From Myxococcota bacterium (GTDB taxonomy: Bacteria > Myxococcota_A > UBA9042 > PHBI01 > JAWLBL01): a stretch of 21,946 bases of DNA. Made by a program: the position numbers and the translations under genes. The notes beneath the pieces were generated by a model. It did no database searches and was not told where the DNA came from. It saw nothing but the letters and a program-made list of their open reading frames with translations. Below are positions 17,264-21,946 of the stretch, piece by piece; position 1 is the stretch's first letter; each line of letters starts with the position of its first letter. Where the stretch lies: assembly GCA_041687695.1 (NCBI GenBank), contig JAWLBL010000053.1, positions 1-21,946 on the forward strand, read 5' to 3'.

Positions 17264-18211
17264 TCAAAAGCTCCTCGCGCACTCGTGGTCGTGGTGGACC
17301 TCGGCCCAGATCTCGCCGAACCCGTTCCAATGGCGTTCCAGCACGACCCGGCCCAGCGCGTCCCGCCAAACGCCCGTCACCACGCCGAGGCTGTCCTCTA
17401 CCTCATACCGCGCCCTCGTCTCGAAGCCGGCGCCATGGTGAGCGATCTCCAGGACGAAGTCCGCCGCCCCGTCCCCGTCCCGGTCCGCACGGACCGACAC
17501 CAGCCGCCCCTGTGCATCATACCCGCGGACCAGCCCCTGGACGCTGTGACCATGGAAGCTCAGCCCCTGCCCCGAGGCGCTCACCAGGCGCCCCTCCGGG
17601 TCGTACTCGAACGTCGTCGTCCGCGCCCCCCCAACCCCGGTCCGGACCTTCCGCACCACGCGCCCCTCCGCGTCGCGCTCGTACGACGTGCGTCCGGCCA
17701 GCTCCCCGTCCTCCCAGGCCCCCACGCCGACCAGCCGCCCCGCGGCATCATACTCGTGGACCACCACCAACTCGTCCTCCGCGCCAGCGCGCCCACTCCG
17801 CTCCCGCGTCACCCGTCCGTCCACGTACGTCCTGCGCGACCACCTGTCGGCAAACCCATCGGCCGGCTGCGCGTCCCACAGCTGCTCGACCACCTCCTCC
17901 CCCTCGCCGCTCCACGTCCACGAGGTCGTCTCGAGCGTCCCGTCCGCGACAAACTCCCGCACCTCCCGCACTTTGCGCCCCGCCTCGTCGAACGCCGTGT
18001 CGATGACCAGCCGCAACACCATAGCCCCACCGCCCTCCGAAGCCATCCACGTCTCGCTGCGACACGCCCGCACCTCGCCCAGCGCCCCTTCGAGCTGCCC
18101 CTCCTCGACCCCACCGCCCCCGCCCGCCGCCGCCCCCCCCCCAGGCGCAGCAAAGCTCAGCAACCCCCACCCCGCGGCCCAGACAACCCCCGCCAGCCCC
18201 AACCCCCTCAC
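17264..18211 (-). CDS. Short secreted YD-repeat (RHS-repeat-like) protein, ~315 aa
   Basis: Repeats FDEAGR, YVDGRV, EYDAAGRLV, ERDAEGRVV, EYDPEGRLV, GYDAQGRLV, RDALGRVV and a DRDGDG loop. Hydrophobic N-terminus after GTG 18211 (start uncertain). No RHS core PxxxxDPxG motif. Confidence 0.75.
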   Translation of the reverse strand: MRGLGLAGVVWAAGWGLLSFAAPGGGAAAGGGGGVEEGQLEGALGEVRACRSETWMASEGGGAMVLRLVIDTAFDEAGRKVREVREFVADGTLETTSWTWSGEGEEVVEQLWDAQPADGFADRWSRRTYVDGRVTRERSGRAGAEDELVVVHEYDAAGRLVGVGAWEDGELAGRTSYERDAEGRVVRKVRTGVGGARTTTFEYDPEGRLVSASGQGLSFHGHSVQGLVRGYDAQGRLVSVRADRDGDGAADFVLEIAHHGAGFETRARYEVEDSLGVVTGVWRDALGRVVLERHWNGFGEIWAEVHHDHECARSF

Positions 18212-18254
18212 CGAAACCGCCGTCGCAGCGCGTTCATCCCCACCTTTCGCGCCA

Positions 18255-19352
18255 TCACCGCTCCCTCGCGAAGTACCGCTCGCAAAACGCCTCCATCCAC
18301 GACGACCCGATGGCCGGGCCCATCGTCGCCACCACATCCTCCAGCGTCCGAGCTTCGAAGCTCTGCGCTCCCTGGTCGGACAGACATTCGCGATAATCCA
18401 CCGCCGCCCGAGCGCACACCGGGTTCTCGGATGGATACAGGAACACGAACAGGACGCTACCGAGCGCATCCGTCAGCGCCGTCACCAACGCGAGCAGATG
18501 GTCGAGCCACATCTGCTGCAGCCGCCCGGCTCGCACCCGCCCGACATGCTCCTCGGCGAGCACGCCCGTAGCACGCGTCACCTCCTCGTACCGCGGCTTC
18601 AGGACGCTGTCCTTGCCGCTCAGGTCCTCGTGATACTTCGTCTCGATGCAGATGAGCCCCTGCCCTCCCCGAGGCGTCGTATGGAAGATGGCGACGTCCG
18701 CGGAGGTGCCGTTGTCCAGATACCGCGGGTCCTGCCTCCCCGGCGACCACTCGAACTCGACCCGCGAGACGCTCCCCACCCGCTCCGGCCACAGCCGCCG
18801 CGCAGCCTCAGTCGCGCGACTCAGGTCACCGGCGCTCTCGCCGAACAGGTTGAAGGCGAGCGACTGCGACGACAACAGATTGCCGAAGAACCGGAGCGGC
18901 TCGATCAACTTGCGTTCACGTCCCCGGCGCGACGCATTGCGCTCCACCTCCGCCCGCGCGACCTCCCCGATGGCCGGCGTCAAGAAGCTCCACAGCTCTT
19001 GCCGTGCGTCCGGCATCCGCAGCAACCAGCCCGCCTCGGCCCCGTTCCACACACCGGCAGGAAGCTCACGCGCCTCCCGCCACCGCCCCTGACGTTCACG
19101 TAGCGCTCTCTGCCAAGCCGCCTCCAACACCGGCCCCGCTTCCCGCCGAACAGCCCGGCCGACCTGCCCGGCCCCGCCATCCGCAGCGCCGTCCCCTATG
19201 ACTCGCCCAAACTTCACCCGTCGTACCACCGCCTCAATCTCCGCACCGCTCAGCTCATGGCCCCCATACGGACGCGTTCCCTCCAAGTGCTTTCTGAAAC
19301 CCCGCTCCGTCTTGGCCTCGGTACCGCATCTTGGGAAAGGGCATCTGAACAA
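18255..19352 (-). CDS. PD-(D/E)XK restriction-endonuclease-fold protein (resembles PGN_0703-like family) with an N-terminal C2H2-like zinc finger
   Basis: NLLSSQSLAFNLF, VEFEWSP, TSADVA (catalytic D), IETKYHE (ExK), LQQMWLDHLL. TTG start 19352 with GGAGG RBS. Confidence 0.8.
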   Translation of the reverse strand: MFRCPFPRCGTEAKTERGFRKHLEGTRPYGGHELSGAEIEAVVRRVKFGRVIGDGAADGGAGQVGRAVRREAGPVLEAAWQRALRERQGRWREARELPAGVWNGAEAGWLLRMPDARQELWSFLTPAIGEVARAEVERNASRRGRERKLIEPLRFFGNLLSSQSLAFNLFGESAGDLSRATEAARRLWPERVGSVSRVEFEWSPGRQDPRYLDNGTSADVAIFHTTPRGGQGLICIETKYHEDLSGKDSVLKPRYEEVTRATGVLAEEHVGRVRAGRLQQMWLDHLLALVTALTDALGSVLFVFLYPSENPVCARAAVDYRECLSDQGAQSFEARTLEDVVATMGPAIGSSWMEAFCERYFARER

Positions 19353-19461
19353 GGCTCACCTCCCGATCTTCGTCGACCTACTCACGCGTTCTCTCGGCCT
19401 TCGAGTCGACGGTTTCGAGGTCGGCTCGCCGCCCGGACAGCGCGCGGATGGCCGACACCAT

Positions 19462-19794
19462 TCAGGGGCCCGACCCCGGAGCCTTGCGATACCCTCCGGT
19501 TCGGTCGAACGCGTCCAGCAAACAGTTGGTGAGTTGGCCACAAGTCTCAGCTTCGCGACCGCACACCAGCTCCGCCTGCACGTACGGATCGTCGAGGTGG
19601 CGGTGGCACTGCCACGTCAAGTCCGACCATGACATTCCGATGGGCCTCAACTCAGAGTAGGTCGAGCGCTTGCTACACTCCATCATGCGTTCCGTGAGCC
19701 GCTTGCACTCGCCATCGGGCTCGCCCCGACAAGAAAACAGGCCGATCAGGACGACGAGCCACCGCGCACGCTGTCCCACCCTGTAGCCCGTCAT
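19462..19794 (-). CDS. Small Cys-rich lipoprotein (~110 aa); candidate immunity protein
   Basis: MTGYRVGQRARWLVVLIGLFS-C lipobox plus six more Cys in a helical pattern. ATG 19794 overlaps the TGA of the upstream OmpA_C gene (ATGA). Confidence 0.7.
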   Translation of the reverse strand: MTGYRVGQRARWLVVLIGLFSCRGEPDGECKRLTERMMECSKRSTYSELRPIGMSWSDLTWQCHRHLDDPYVQAELVCGREAETCGQLTNCLLDAFDRTGGYRKAPGSGP

Positions 19795-20870
19795 TCGAAG
19801 GGCCATCCCGGCCGAACCTTGCCCGCAGCCGATTCCTTCAAGTATTTCATCAACTTCGCCTCTCTGCTCAGAACCGTCTTTAGCGCACGGGCTGCGTCAG
19901 CATCCTCAGGCAGTTTGGCCGTCGCCCGACGGAGCGCGCGAATTCGGTACTGTAGCACAGACAGCTGGTTCCACTGGGTTCTCGTCAAAGGAGTCATACT
20001 TGGGGGTTCGCCCACCCTGACCTGCGGCATGGAGTCCGCCTGCATGGCCCTATCGTAGCTATCCAAACGCCAATCCAGGAATCGCTCGACGTCACTGACC
20101 GGCCTGAACTCCGTCTGAATGAGGTGAAGCAGCTGCGACCGGTTGACTCCAATGGCCGCGAAGGCCGCCAACGTGTGTCCGTCCGCAGCGCCGGAGTACG
20201 CCTCCGCGAGAACGGTCGCCCGGCGCCTCTGCTCCTCCGTGACGAGTACGGGCTGCTGGAGGGGGCGGATATTTGCGTCTTTGCCGCCGTGAGCATCACT
20301 GTCAGCGTGAGATTCCGAACTGGCCGGACGCGCTGCGGCCACGAAGCGAACATCGACTCGCCGCCACTCAGCGTGACCCGGAGAAGAAGGTCGCTCTCCA
20401 CATCCGCGCGCATCGTAGACACGCTGCATGTTCAGCGGTAGCAATGGAAAGAGCCTGTCTCCTACGGTGTCCGCGCGCGCCCAGGAGAGGTCCTCGTTCC
20501 GCGCCTCGGGGCCGCGTTCGTCGGCATACCCGCGGATCTCGACCGCCGCCGTGCGCCCTGGCTCGACGCGAGCATGGGCGGCCACCTGCATCACCATCGC
20601 GACTTCCTCAGCGCCCAACTCGGCGCTGTTGTAGGGGAAGTAGATGGAGGCCTCGAGGTACGGCCCTTCGTCGGCCAGACGGTTCATGAGGAGCCTGGGC
20701 CTGAGGCGCTTGGCGTCCCCGGGGGCAGGCGGCGCCTTTCTTGGCTTCTGCGCTTGGCCTTGACGGCGCGCCCCAGCTTCGCTGCGGCCATGGTCGGCGC
20801 CTGGAGTAGAAGACGACTTGGCGTCGACGTCGCTTGCTGTGGAGGGCTCAGCATTGAAAATCTGAGTCAC
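19791..20870 (-). CDS. OmpA_C-like domain protein with uncharacterised helical C-terminal domain, ~359 aa, no signal peptide
   Basis: IYFPYNSAEL..VEIRGYADERG..NEDLSWARADTV..GCGE..WRRVDV. Start taken as GTG 20870 with AAGGAG upstream; the longer 496-aa ORF overlaps the transposase. Confidence 0.75.
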   Translation of the reverse strand: MTQIFNAEPSTASDVDAKSSSTPGADHGRSEAGARRQGQAQKPRKAPPAPGDAKRLRPRLLMNRLADEGPYLEASIYFPYNSAELGAEEVAMVMQVAAHARVEPGRTAAVEIRGYADERGPEARNEDLSWARADTVGDRLFPLLPLNMQRVYDARGCGERPSSPGHAEWRRVDVRFVAAARPASSESHADSDAHGGKDANIRPLQQPVLVTEEQRRRATVLAEAYSGAADGHTLAAFAAIGVNRSQLLHLIQTEFRPVSDVERFLDWRLDSYDRAMQADSMPQVRVGEPPSMTPLTRTQWNQLSVLQYRIRALRRATAKLPEDADAARALKTVLSREAKLMKYLKESAAGKVRPGWPFE

Positions 20871-21858
20871 AGTCTGCGTCTCCTTCCATCGCTGTCGCGG
20901 CCGGGGAACGTTCAGATGGGACGGGCGATGACGTCGCGGCGTCCCCGGGCCCCTGAGCGTGAGCGAGTCGATGAGGCAAGCGTGCCCGAACCAAGGAGGA
21001 CGTCGCAAGTGCACCAGAGCACGGTCGGGCATCAGCAGGTTCTTCCTGGCTTCGGAGTGTCTCCCTGACCCCCGCGAGGAGTCCGGCCAGGTGCTCGTCC
21101 CCGCGGGCTCGCTTGCGGTACACGCTCGCCAGGGCTGAGACGCTCGAAGGTCGCGCGTTGACGGCGAGGCCAACTTCGCTCGCCGTCGCCGAGGTAAGCT
21201 CCACGCACAGGATGATGGCGGCCTGCCTCGCAGGATTCGACCGGCCGCGGATGGCGGTCCTGATGTCCTCCGGGTCGACACCGCAGTGCTGGGCGACGGC
21301 TGCGATGACCTCGGCGCATTTTAGATTCAGCCATCGCCGCTCGCCAGAGACCTGAGGCCGACCCGCATGCCCCGGCGCCCGCAACCGTTCGCGGTGAGCC
21401 TCTCGGAGCTCCTCGTCACCCAGGACCGCCGGCGACCCGCTCCACGAGAGCGCTCGCTTCATCCCAGGAGCGACGCGCTCATGAACGAACTCGTCGAACG
21501 TCCGTCGGCCTTCGGCCGTGTCACCGCCGAACATTCCCATCACCCTGGACTTGTGAAGCCAAGGAGCAACCGCGCCGGTCAGGTAGAGGTGATGACTGCT
21601 CCACGCATACTCCCCCGCCCGAGCCACCATGCGCGCCTCGACGGGGTTCGCGTGGATGTACCGCACGAGCTCGGCGAGGTAGACCTCCTCCTGCACCAGC
21701 CGCGACTTGAAGCGCCCCCGGAACAGCGCTCCGTCCCGCCGCCGCCTCGCATTGAACCACTGCGTGTAGACCTGGTTCAGATGACCGATGGCGCGGCTCA
21801 ACCGGTCGCCCGCATCCTCCACCAGCAGGTGGTAGTGGTTGCTCATCAGCATCAACAT
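20848..21858 (-). mobile_element. Y1/HUH (IS200-superfamily, REP-associated-type) tyrosine transposase with C-terminal DnaA-C-like HTH; N-terminus appears incomplete
   Basis: LMSNHYHLL (HUH), YTQWFN, LFRGRFKS, RYIHANP (catalytic Tyr), YAWSS. C-terminal VIAAVAQHCGV..PARQAAIIL..SEVG resembles DnaA domain IV. Confidence 0.85.
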
Positions 21859-21946
21859 GCCGTGATACCCATGTTCCGGAGTCTCTGACCGTCCACTACC
21901 GGTACCACCCGCACTTCGGTCGGGAGCTCCGGGTGCGGCGTCGGTG

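Noticed and set aside
17264..18211. Full RHS toxin
   Set aside because: Only about 7 YD-like repeats, with no RHS-associated core motif and no C-terminal toxin extension.

Overview
Very GC-rich bacterial DNA. The gene content (DUF4157 proteins, a giant Cys-rich lipoprotein with MopE-type metal-binding repeats) suggests a Myxococcota-like organism (inference). Most genes are on the minus strand. Reading right to left: a 5'-incomplete Y1/HUH (RAYT-like) transposase with a DnaA-C-like HTH; an OmpA_C protein with an unknown C-terminus, ATGA-coupled to a small Cys-rich lipoprotein; a zinc-finger PD-(D/E)XK nuclease; a short YD-repeat protein; a frameshifted Zn-finger membrane protein; a DUF4157 (eCIS-associated) protein with a hydrophobic C-terminus, coupled to a membrane protein; a NarL-type two-component pair; a ~2300-aa lipoprotein; a + strand block (5'-truncated helical-repeat gene and an SDR); and a DUF4157-OmpA_C fusion. 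The main hypothesis is a dispersed set of three DUF4157/OmpA polymorphic effector-immunity pairs. A duplicated ~50-bp palindrome-plus-promoter element brackets the oppositely oriented block, and there are truncated genes at both of its ends. All family calls come from motif recognition by eye, not from database searches.
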